Assembly: GCF_947254095.1 (NCBI RefSeq)
Contig: NZ_CAMYBV010000003.1
Location: forward strand, 32,565-96,564
Length of the DNA stretch: 64,000 nt
Direction of reading: 5' to 3'
Source: an uncultured Mobiluncus sp.
GTDB lineage: Bacteria; Actinomycetota; Actinomycetes; Actinomycetales; Actinomycetaceae
Shown: positions 40,408-48,673 of the stretch, piece by piece
How positions within the stretch are numbered: the first letter of the stretch is position 1
Layout: every line of letters begins with the position of its first letter
Notes under the pieces: model-generated
What the model saw: only the letters and a program-made list of their open reading frames with translations
What the model was told of the DNA's origin: nothing
Database searches by the model: none
Program-made: the position numbers and the translations under genes

Positions 40408-40564
40408 CGTTAAACAGATTCGTCAAGGCCGGCAGGGCCACCGCCGAGAGTGCCACCACCAGCCCCGCGGTCATTAGGGTGACCATCACCCAGCCGGGAA
40501 CGTCGCCGTCTTCGGCTTGCAAGCGGGTGTACACAAAGTTTCGCAAAGCGCGGAGTTTTTGCAT
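40379..40564 (-). CDS. Flp/DUF4244-like small pilin-like protein
   Basis: 61 aa with a single hydrophobic helix (DVPGWVMVTLMTAGLVVALSAVALPAL) between tadC and the tadE genes. Confidence 0.5.
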   Translation of the reverse strand: MQKLRALRNFVYTRLQAEDGDVPGWVMVTLMTAGLVVALSAVALPALTNLFNDAIAHVSTL

Positions 40565-40596
40565 ATTTTTATCCTTTCGATTGTGATTTTGACGTT

Positions 40597-41508
40597 TTAC
40601 AGCTGCAGCGCCACCAAGCCGGGATAGAGTGCGAAAACCACGGTGAGCGGCAAAATTAGGAACACGACCGGCACCATCATGAGGACTTCTTTCTTTCCAC
40701 CCTCCGTCAGCAACTGGGTTCGCGCCACGGCTCGTGAATCCGCCACTTGGGAACGCAGCACGCCCGCCAAGGGAGAACCGCGTTCCAACGCGGAAACAAT
40801 GGCATCTATGAGGTGCGCGAGGATTTCGGAATCATTGCGGGCCCGAGCCGCGGTCAAACTGGGAGCCAGAGAATCTCCGTTGTCGGCCGCCGCCAAGATT
40901 TTTTCCAACTCCTGACCGGCGACATCGGTGCAGCGGGCAGAGACGCGGTGCAAAGCCCCGTAGAGAGGTTCCCCGGCTCCCACTGCCAGCGCCAACAGCT
41001 CGATAACGTCAGGCAGTTCTTGATTCAAATGCAGTTGGCGACGCCGCGCCGCGCCCGTGAGCCGGTAATCGGGAATCAACAGCCCCGCCAGCACAAAACA
41101 GGTCAGCATCACGAAGGCTCCAGGTATCGGCAAGGTTTTTCCCCAAAACCCCAGGAGGCTCAATGCCGCCGCCACTATCCCCAGGGAAACGGCCCATCGC
41201 AGCTGGGAACGACGAAATCCGAGCACGTCCCGAGGTAAACCCGCCAACTGCAACCTGCGCTCGACAGAATCTTTGGAGGGGCTGATAAACGTGAGAAACC
41301 TGGTTAGGCTGTTATGGGCGAACGGAGTATCCCGCACTCCGGTTCCTCGGTAGGCTGCCATGACGATGAGGTCAGCCTGAACATAAGGGGTGATTCGCCA
41401 GGTCGGAAAGGCGCCTTGACGAATCCAGGGACCCAGGCACAGCCCGATAAGTCCACTCCCAGCCAGGATAGCGAGGCCGCCGATCATCCAGGTCAAAAGG
41501 TCTTCCAC
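40597..41508 (-). CDS. tadC: Tad pilus inner-membrane platform protein TadC (T2SSF domain)
   Basis: Type II secretion system F-family membrane protein. Position after tadB. Confidence 0.75.
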   Translation of the reverse strand: MEDLLTWMIGGLAILAGSGLIGLCLGPWIRQGAFPTWRITPYVQADLIVMAAYRGTGVRDTPFAHNSLTRFLTFISPSKDSVERRLQLAGLPRDVLGFRRSQLRWAVSLGIVAAALSLLGFWGKTLPIPGAFVMLTCFVLAGLLIPDYRLTGAARRRQLHLNQELPDVIELLALAVGAGEPLYGALHRVSARCTDVAGQELEKILAAADNGDSLAPSLTAARARNDSEILAHLIDAIVSALERGSPLAGVLRSQVADSRAVARTQLLTEGGKKEVLMMVPVVFLILPLTVVFALYPGLVALQL

Positions 41509-41511
41509 GGT

Positions 41512-42399
41512 TTACTCCCGCATCGTGCGCGGGCTGACTTCCAGGCGGCCCAAGCGCAGCATCAAGATGTAGGCCAGCGCCGAAATTAGCGCCCCCACCA
41601 GCAAAATCATGGAGCCTACCGGGGTGGAATACACCTCTAATGTGCCCGGACGACTCAACAGCAGCGTCAGGATAATCCACGGGGAGGCGGCAGCGAGGCG
41701 CGCCCCGGTCACGGTCCAAGATTGGCGTGCCAGCACTTCCCCGCGGGTGCGTTCCTCCGCGCGGAGCATCGCCCCCAAATCCTCCAGCAGGACCACCAAG
41801 TCGTTGCCCCCCACTTGTGCAGCTAAACGCAACGCTTCCACGATGCGATCCCCCACTGGATCGGCCAGTTCATGTTTCAAGATTTTTAGGGAGGCGTCGA
41901 GGTTGCCGCCCGCCCGATAATCGGCCGCGAAGTGCGCAAAAGGCACTCGCAGCGACTTCGGGGCTCGCGCGGCGACTTCCAGGAGCGTTTCGCCCAAACT
42001 CAGCCCCGCTCGTACCCCGGAAACCAGGTTATCCACCAGGTTTGGCCAGGCTTTGCCGCGCTGACCCTGCACGGAATGCAGTTTGCCCTGCAGCCCCAAA
42101 AATGGCAGATACGCGGCCAGCAGCCCCGCCAACCACCCGACCATCACCAGCCCAGTGATCAAGGCGAGGCCAATTCCTGCTGACAACCCCGCCAACAGGG
42201 ATATCGCCAGGAACTGTCCCAGCCCGAGGGGTGTTCCGCTCACCGCGGTGATGTCGTCGAAGCGGGCGCATTTTTGTGCCCAATAGCGTTTCAGGGAGCT
42301 TTCTCGGCGGGTCGAATGCCGTTTCGGGCTCAACGTCACCAGGAAAATCCCGAGCGCCGCACTGAGGGCTGCCGCCAGGGTCAGCAGGGGGCTAGTCAT
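41512..42399 (-). CDS. tadB: Tad pilus platform protein TadB (T2SSF domain)
   Basis: The internal ATG (MTSPLLTLAAALSAALGIF...) lies directly after the tadA stop. The ORF-table extension to 42582 overlaps tadA and is unlikely to be real. Confidence 0.75.
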   Translation of the reverse strand: MTSPLLTLAAALSAALGIFLVTLSPKRHSTRRESSLKRYWAQKCARFDDITAVSGTPLGLGQFLAISLLAGLSAGIGLALITGLVMVGWLAGLLAAYLPFLGLQGKLHSVQGQRGKAWPNLVDNLVSGVRAGLSLGETLLEVAARAPKSLRVPFAHFAADYRAGGNLDASLKILKHELADPVGDRIVEALRLAAQVGGNDLVVLLEDLGAMLRAEERTRGEVLARQSWTVTGARLAAASPWIILTLLLSRPGTLEVYSTPVGSMILLVGALISALAYILMLRLGRLEVSPRTMRE

Positions 42400-43402
42400 C
42401 GGGAGCCTCCCGCCAGATAGCCGCCAACTGGCTGGCTCGAGAACCGAAAGCGGAAAGAAAATCGAAATCCGCGGGATTCTTGGCTGGCTGGGCTCCATCG
42501 GGCGGCGCACTGTACAGCGGGTGCGCCACAACCTGACCGTCGCGCAGCGTCCCGTCCAAAGCCAACACTTCCGTAACCGCACGGCTGCCTTGCCAGGTTC
42601 CGCGCAGCTGCACCACCAGGTCTATGGCTCCCGCTACGGTCGGCACCACGAATGCCGCGGTCACATTTTCCCCGGCCAGCAGCGGCAGGGTCGACAGTTT
42701 CGTAATCGCCTGGCGGGCGGTGTTGGCGTGAATCGTAGACATGCCGGGGATTCCGCAGTTCAGGGCGATGAGCATATCCAGGCTTTCGGCGCCGCGGACC
42801 TCCCCGATAATCAGCCGGTCGGGACGCATCCGCAGAGTTTCCCGAACCAAATCCCGCAGAGTAATCTCGCCTTGGCCTTCTATCGAGGCGTTGCGGGTTT
42901 GCATCGCCACGGCGTCCGGGGCTTTCAGATTCAGTTCCAGCACTTCCTCACAAGTGATGATGCGCTGGTCAGGAGGGATCTCACCACACAGGGCGCGAAC
43001 CGTGGTGGTTTTCCCCGATTGGGTCGGCCCGGCCACCACGATATTCAGGCCGATACGCACCGCTTCGGCCAGGAAACGAGCCATCCACGCGGGCATCATG
43101 TTGAGCCGAACCAGATCCCGCACCCGCACCGCTTTCGCACTGTGCTTACGGATATTGATAGACCAGGTGGCTGTCACGGGCGGAATGACGACGTGCAGAC
43201 GTTCTCCGGTTTCCAAGGTGGCGTCCACGCAGGGATTGACGAAATCCAGATGCCGTCCCGATGCTCTCAACATTCGCTCTACCAGGGCTTCTACCTCGTC
43301 TTCGGCCAGCAACAGGTTGGTCAGGTGGGGTTGTCCGTCGCGGGAACAAAAAACCTGGGAAGGGCTGTTCAACCAGATTTCTTCCACCGCCGGATCATCC
43401 AT
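42392..43402 (-). CDS. tadA: Tad/Flp pilus assembly ATPase TadA/CpaF
   Basis: Walker A VVAGPTQSGKTTTVRALCGEI, Asp box, and IGEVRGAESLDMLIALNCGIPGMSTIHANTARQAI. The N-terminal ORF-table extension (to 43633) runs into AT-rich non-coding-looking DNA, so the start is set at MDDPAVEE (43402). ~336 aa, similar to Mycobacterium tuberculosis Rv3659c. Confidence 0.85.
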   Translation of the reverse strand: MDDPAVEEIWLNSPSQVFCSRDGQPHLTNLLLAEDEVEALVERMLRASGRHLDFVNPCVDATLETGERLHVVIPPVTATWSINIRKHSAKAVRVRDLVRLNMMPAWMARFLAEAVRIGLNIVVAGPTQSGKTTTVRALCGEIPPDQRIITCEEVLELNLKAPDAVAMQTRNASIEGQGEITLRDLVRETLRMRPDRLIIGEVRGAESLDMLIALNCGIPGMSTIHANTARQAITKLSTLPLLAGENVTAAFVVPTVAGAIDLVVQLRGTWQGSRAVTEVLALDGTLRDGQVVAHPLYSAPPDGAQPAKNPADFDFLSAFGSRASQLAAIWREAPDD

Positions 43403-43429
43403 CAGCGGCTGCAGTTTCCCGTAACTCAA

Positions 43430-43600
43430 GCCCAAGTTGACAACTCCCTCATGTCTGAGAGCCAATAAAATTACGGTCAGTTTAAGCGCTTTTTTTATTG
43501 CTACAGCGCCAAACCCCGGTTCCCGAAAGGAAAATTCCCATCTTACATTCATGTAATACTCAGCTTTTTCTGAGGTTTGCCGTACCTTTGCCAAAAGTCG
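43430..43600. promoter_or_regulatory. AT-rich (~45% GC) island between tadA and the divergent kinase gene. Probable tad operon promoter/regulatory region.
   Basis: Composition contrasts strongly with its flanks. Contains the AAGCGCTT palindrome followed by T7, plus inverted repeats CTCAG-cttttt-CTGAG and TCCGG-cttt-CCGGA. Confidence 0.35.
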
Positions 43601-43717
43601 ACGCGGCTCCCTCAGTAGCGTCCGCCGTCCCACCCGGAGAGAGGCTTTAATGACCGGATTTCCGGCTTTCCGGAGCGGTTTGTCGGTTTAGCTCCCGGGG
43701 TGACATAAAATTGAAAA

Positions 43718-44875
43718 ATGAGCGATACCGATTTCCTGACCTTGGCGGCTTTGGCAACCGTAGCGGTTCCAGACCTTGAGGTTGAGTCATTGTGCCCCCC
43801 GCTGGGCGAAGATAACGATTTCCGCTGGGTCGGCGTCCTCGATAATCATTCAGCCCGGTGGAGCATCATCGGAGCCAAGCATCCGGATGCGGAAGCGGCC
43901 TTGGACAAGCAACAAAAAATTTTGACCATGCTGACCAATTACCGCGATGCGCACCGGATTCCTTTTGAGGTGCCCCGCATCGAGGGCAGAGCCACCTCGA
44001 AAGACGGAACTTCTATTATTGTTTATCGCCAATTGCCAGGCAACCCGTTGGAGTTCAACGAACTGGCAGAGGATCCAGACCTGCTGCGCGCCTTGGGCAA
44101 GGCCGTCGCGGCTCTGCACGAGATTCCCGCCAACCTGGTCGCTCACGTGGGCTTTCCCACCCCCAGCGTAGATGACATTCGTGCGGGCCTGCGCAAAAAC
44201 CTCTCCCGAGCGGTCGCGACCGGTCTGGTTCCCCCGGTTCTGCAAGCTCGTTGGGAACAAGCTCTTGACGAAGATGCCTGGTGGCATTTCCACCCCACGT
44301 TTGTCCACGGTTCGCTGGAGCCCCAGCACGTCCTGGTCGCGGATTCCCGGATTTTGGGGATTTCCGGTTTTGCTGAGGTCAGCGTGGGTGACCCGTCCCA
44401 GGATTTGTCTTGGGTGGCTTCGGAGCTGACCGACGAGGCCGTGGACCTAGTCTTTGACGCGTACCATTTGGGACGCGCAGAGGGGGCAGACCCGTTCTTG
44501 CGTCAACGTACCGACTTGTATATCGAGCTGGCGCTGGTCAATTGGCTCAATTGGGGAGTTGACCAGGGGAATGCCTCGATCATTGCCGATGCCCAAGACT
44601 TATTGAACGAGCAGCTGGAGCGGCTGGACGGAGACCTGTCACTAACGGGCCGTCCCCTCTATGAGGAGCAGACCACCAGTGCCCCCGACCACAGCGCGGA
44701 AGCGAACGGAATTGCCGTGCCAGCGAGCGAGAGCGACGCAGAAGCGAGCAAAACCGATGCGGAGGCGAGAGAAACTACGGCGGAGATTACTGCCGAAATT
44801 CCCTCGGAAATAACCGCTGAAATTCCCTCAGAATCGAGCTCGGAGGTTTCCTCGCCATCCCCGGATAGCGCCTGA
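43718..44875 (+). CDS. Aminoglycoside/protein-kinase-like phosphotransferase (APH family fold) with acidic repetitive C-terminal tail
   Basis: APH-like layout: HGSLEPQHVLVADSRILGISGFAEVSVGDPSQDLSWV (catalytic loop / DFG-like). C-terminal imperfect tandem repeat AEITAEIPSEITAEIPSESSSEVSS. Confidence 0.75.
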   Translation: MSDTDFLTLAALATVAVPDLEVESLCPPLGEDNDFRWVGVLDNHSARWSIIGAKHPDAEAALDKQQKILTMLTNYRDAHRIPFEVPRIEGRATSKDGTSIIVYRQLPGNPLEFNELAEDPDLLRALGKAVAALHEIPANLVAHVGFPTPSVDDIRAGLRKNLSRAVATGLVPPVLQARWEQALDEDAWWHFHPTFVHGSLEPQHVLVADSRILGISGFAEVSVGDPSQDLSWVASELTDEAVDLVFDAYHLGRAEGADPFLRQRTDLYIELALVNWLNWGVDQGNASIIADAQDLLNEQLERLDGDLSLTGRPLYEEQTTSAPDHSAEANGIAVPASESDAEASKTDAEARETTAEITAEIPSEITAEIPSESSSEVSSPSPDSA

Positions 44876-44929
44876 GGCCGGCGCCTGAGACCAAGAAGTT
44901 TCAGGTTTCCCGCGGCGACCAGGGAGCCC

Positions 44930-45110
44930 TAGGGCAACCGCCCGGCACACGGCTCCGACCAGCCCTTCTCCCCCTCCTATGGCGGCACACGGCCGAGACA
45001 GACACCGCCTTCAACCACAGACCCCTACATAACCTGGGGCGGCGCCTCGCCGGGGCGAACACCGTTTTCCAGCCCGAAATTCCTCCGCAAAGCTCGGGCT
45101 GCACATAACC
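44930..45110. repeat. Short repeats in the convergent kinase/adnB intergenic region (CCCGGCACACGGC x2, CACATAACCTRGG x2)
   Basis: cgcccggcacacggctccgacc and ggcggcacacggccgagaca. ctacataacctgggg and gcacataacctaggc. The GGCACAC core also occurs in the 1384-1504 repeat array. Confidence 0.35.
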
Positions 45111-45130
45111 TAGGCAAACCGGCGACGGCT

Positions 45131-48100
45131 TCAATACCCAAACTTTTCTAAGACTTCGTCCGCCTCCTTTCCACGGTCCGTCAAGTTACTGACCAAAAGG
45201 TCTCGGCTGTATTCGGCTATGCCCAGCTCATCGAGGATGTCCCGGAGGGTGAGCAGTTGGCGCTCCGGACTGTCCTCATTGAGGAACACGTAGGCGCACA
45301 CGATGTCCTCGGCGGGTGTCTGGGGATGAGCCTGCAGCCAGTAGAGACGATAGATGCCCAGCTGGTGAAGCCATTGAGCATAGTTTTCCGGGGTCGGACG
45401 CCGACCGGTTTTCCAGTCCAGAATCCAGATTTTTCCGGTTTGTGCCTCGACAAACTGTGCATCAATCCGCAGCGGAATCACGGCACCGCCCGCTTCTTCA
45501 ACATAAAGCTCACCGTTGAATTCGACTCGTGGACGGCGCAGGCGCCGCAGCAGTTCCAGGTCAGCGTAGTGCTGCTGCCATTTGTGCAGCAGCTTACGCT
45601 GTTCGGAGGTGAATCCGTTTTCCATTCCGGCATCAAAAATGAGCACGTCTTCGTTTTCGAGCTGGCTGGCAATCCAAGCGTGCATATAGGTTCCCAAACG
45701 GGCCGCCGCGCTGGGTTCCTGCGGCAGGGGACGCAGACGCTGCAGCAGGTATCCCTCGCTGTCTTGCGCCAAACGCGCCATCCCGGTAGCAGAAATTCGT
45801 CCCAGCAAATCGCCTGTCCCCAGGCGTGTTTGCGGCTGGTGCAGCAGTTGACCCAAGCGGCGCTCGGTTTCTTCCGCGGCGTCCTGGCTGATTCCGTCTG
45901 CGAATTTGCCGCTGGCCAGGGCAGCCTCGGTGGCTGCAACCGCGTGAGCGAAGTCCTGGCGAGTCTGGGTCCACGGCAGTGCCGGCCAAACGCCCGCATC
46001 GAACCGGCCCTGATTTGGGTTTTGAGTTTTTTCAGGAATGGAGGTGACTTCGGTCTCGGGCCATTCGACACTGGGGAGTGCTATGCCCAATCGGGTGGCT
46101 TCCTGTGCAAACGTCTCAGCGTTGAACGGGGTCAGCAGGTTTTCGGTTTCCGCCGTGCTTCCCCCCGAGGCCTGCACCTCCGTCCCGTCCACGGCACCCG
46201 ATACCTCAGCATCGGTAAAGATGTGCTGGTGCGGGTCCTGTTCCACCAGGAAAAACTTGCTGGGCAAACGTTCTGTCCTATTCTGCCGTTCGAACCAGCA
46301 GTGCCCCAGCAAGAGCCGCGATTTAGCGCGGGTGAAAGCCACGTAGGCCAATCGGGATTCTTCCCGCAGGGTGTATTGGCCAGCCTCTTCCTGGTACGAC
46401 TCCAACAGACCTTTTTTCGATGATACTTTTCCTTTCGCGGTCAAAACGGTTTGGGTCTTTAGTTCCAGCTCGGGCAGATGGGCCCGGTCACTGCGCAGTG
46501 GATAGGGCAGCACGTCACGTTGCGTGACCCAGATGCTGCTTTTAGTAGAGGGGAAAGTCTTTTTGTTCAGGTTCGGAACCGCCACCCAATCCCATTCGAG
46601 GCCCTTTGCTGCGTGCATGGTGATAATCTGAACCGCCGCATTATCAACCTCAAAGTCCAGGTCAGCAAAGCTGGCTTCCTCATCTTCACCGGCACTCAGC
46701 CAGTTGAGGAATCCGCTCAACGTCGCTCCGGGAGTCTGCCCAAAATCGCGAACCAGGTTTAAGAACTCGACATAGGCCGCGGCATGGCACGGGGAACCGG
46801 GCAGCTGCTGTTCAATATCCAAATCGAGCAGTCGATGCGCCAAACGCGCCAGCACAAGAGGGGTCGCGAACACGGCATTTTCCCTAAGTTCCGTGAGGAT
46901 TCCGCGCAGTTTTTCCAGGCGGAGGGCTGCCTCAGCTGAGACTTGAGCCCCGCCCTCCATCACTATCTGGTAGGGGGTGAAACGGTGCGGATTTTGCCCC
47001 ACCGCCTGTAGATCGCTCAGTCCCAATCGGTATCGATCGAGCAAAATCAGCAGGCTGGCGCTTTTTTCAGGATTATCAGTGACCTCCAGAGCGGCTCGCA
47101 CCAAACGCACCCCCGGATCCTCCAAAACACCCTGCATCCCCCTGGTTTGGTAGGGGATTCCAGCTCGGCGCAGTGCCTCAACCAAGCCGGGAATAGCGTT
47201 TTTTGCACGGCACAACACCGCGGCGGTAGGCAGCTTTTCGGCAGGCATCCCCTCGCTTTGCAACTTGACCCGCTGGGCTTGCCACAGCCGAAGAAAGTTC
47301 ACCACCGCTTGACTTTGCTGGATATCGGTCAATGTTTGAATTCCGTAGACGATGCCGGGATTCGCCCCCGGCCGTGCCCGCAGGGGTTTACTGACTGCGG
47401 GTTGGAGACCCTGATCCCGCCGGCCTTTCCCCCTCGCGCCCGGGGACGGGGCCGTGGCCAGTTCGGCAGAAATGCGGTTAGCGACTTTGAGGATGGCCTC
47501 ATCGTTGCGCCACGAGGTCGACAAAGTCCGAGTGAGCAGCTGTTGCGGATCCGAGCAAAACATGGTGCCGAAATCCTCCATAGAGGCCGCGGAAGCCCCC
47601 CGCCAACCGTAAATGGCTTGGTTCGGATCGCCCACCGCAGTAACCGCACAATCGCGGAAAATTCCCGAAAGAAAACGCATCTGAGCCACGGAAGTGTCTT
47701 GGAATTCGTCCAGGAACACCAGCTGGAATCGTTCCCGCTGGCTGTCCCCGACAACCGGCAGTTGTTCGACCAAGCGGACCGTTTCCCGAGTTTGGTCAGA
47801 AAAGTCTGCCATCATGAGTTCCTGTTTGCGTTCATTGAAAGCCTGGATGACGTCTGTGGCGTTACGCCCGAATTCCATAGTGGTGAGGGCAGTTTTCAAA
47901 TGGCGTAACGCTGTCGCGTTGAGCTCTGAACCTTCAGTATCACGCAGGTGTTTGGCAACAGACAGATAGGAACGGTAGGTCTGTTTCATTTCAGCCAGAT
48001 CTACGAGATGCGAATTCGTGTCGTTAGCCAGGGACAGCAGGATCTTTATCAGGTTTTCGGTGTTTTCACCCTCGCGTTTCGTCCCCAGCGCTCCGGTCCA

Positions 48101-48673
48101 GCTTTGCACCACGTCAGTCATGATTTGATACCTGGCTGCGTCGGTGATGGTGGTGAAACCCGATTCCCGCCCGACCAGGTTTCCGAATTCCGTCAGAAGG
48201 GTCCCCGCGTAGGAATCGTAGGTTGAAACACTGACCGGGTGGCGCAGCATTTCCGAGGTCATCCCCCGCTGGGCGAGGGCCTCGAAACGCTGACGCAGCT
48301 GGTCAAGGTCAAGGTCTGCGGCTTTTAACACCGCGGTGACCTCAGCAGTTTGCTGCCGGTCTTGCACCGACTCCATGAGGCTCGCGAAACGTTCCAAACG
48401 CAACGCGAAACGGGCTGCCATTTCTGCCGCAGCCTTGCGAGTAAAGGTCAAACCCAGGATGGCTTCAGGAACAATGCCCGCGTTGACGACCCCATAAACC
48501 AGCCGGTTCGCGATGGTTTCCGTTTTCCCGCTGCCGGCCCCGGCGACCACCAGGAGTTGTCCCTGCGGAGCCGTGATTACCGCGGATTGTTCCTCGGTCG
48601 GCGGGTTAGCCCCCGTCAAAATAGCTAGTTCACCCGCAGAAAACAGTTCTTTCTCTGGTTTAGATGTAGTCAT
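45131..48673 (-). CDS. adnB: ATP-dependent helicase/nuclease AdnB (UvrD-like helicase with C-terminal RecB-family nuclease)
   Basis: Walker A VVAGAGSGKTETIANRLV, LTFTRKAAAEM, DEFQDTS. 1180 aa with C-terminal nuclease. Overlaps the upstream adnA stop by 4 nt. Confidence 0.85.
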   Translation of the reverse strand: MTTSKPEKELFSAGELAILTGANPPTEEQSAVITAPQGQLLVVAGAGSGKTETIANRLVYGVVNAGIVPEAILGLTFTRKAAAEMAARFALRLERFASLMESVQDRQQTAEVTAVLKAADLDLDQLRQRFEALAQRGMTSEMLRHPVSVSTYDSYAGTLLTEFGNLVGRESGFTTITDAARYQIMTDVVQSWTGALGTKREGENTENLIKILLSLANDTNSHLVDLAEMKQTYRSYLSVAKHLRDTEGSELNATALRHLKTALTTMEFGRNATDVIQAFNERKQELMMADFSDQTRETVRLVEQLPVVGDSQRERFQLVFLDEFQDTSVAQMRFLSGIFRDCAVTAVGDPNQAIYGWRGASAASMEDFGTMFCSDPQQLLTRTLSTSWRNDEAILKVANRISAELATAPSPGARGKGRRDQGLQPAVSKPLRARPGANPGIVYGIQTLTDIQQSQAVVNFLRLWQAQRVKLQSEGMPAEKLPTAAVLCRAKNAIPGLVEALRRAGIPYQTRGMQGVLEDPGVRLVRAALEVTDNPEKSASLLILLDRYRLGLSDLQAVGQNPHRFTPYQIVMEGGAQVSAEAALRLEKLRGILTELRENAVFATPLVLARLAHRLLDLDIEQQLPGSPCHAAAYVEFLNLVRDFGQTPGATLSGFLNWLSAGEDEEASFADLDFEVDNAAVQIITMHAAKGLEWDWVAVPNLNKKTFPSTKSSIWVTQRDVLPYPLRSDRAHLPELELKTQTVLTAKGKVSSKKGLLESYQEEAGQYTLREESRLAYVAFTRAKSRLLLGHCWFERQNRTERLPSKFFLVEQDPHQHIFTDAEVSGAVDGTEVQASGGSTAETENLLTPFNAETFAQEATRLGIALPSVEWPETEVTSIPEKTQNPNQGRFDAGVWPALPWTQTRQDFAHAVAATEAALASGKFADGISQDAAEETERRLGQLLHQPQTRLGTGDLLGRISATGMARLAQDSEGYLLQRLRPLPQEPSAAARLGTYMHAWIASQLENEDVLIFDAGMENGFTSEQRKLLHKWQQHYADLELLRRLRRPRVEFNGELYVEEAGGAVIPLRIDAQFVEAQTGKIWILDWKTGRRPTPENYAQWLHQLGIYRLYWLQAHPQTPAEDIVCAYVFLNEDSPERQLLTLRDILDELGIAEYSRDLLVSNLTDRGKEADEVLEKFGY

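Noticed and set aside
42521-43468. 315-aa and 227-aa plus-strand ORFs antisense to tadA
   Set aside because: Antisense to a gene with clear Walker motifs. Low-complexity Arg/His/Gln-rich translation.
45257-46423. 388-aa plus-strand ORF antisense to adnB
   Set aside because: No domain, and antisense to a helicase with canonical motifs.
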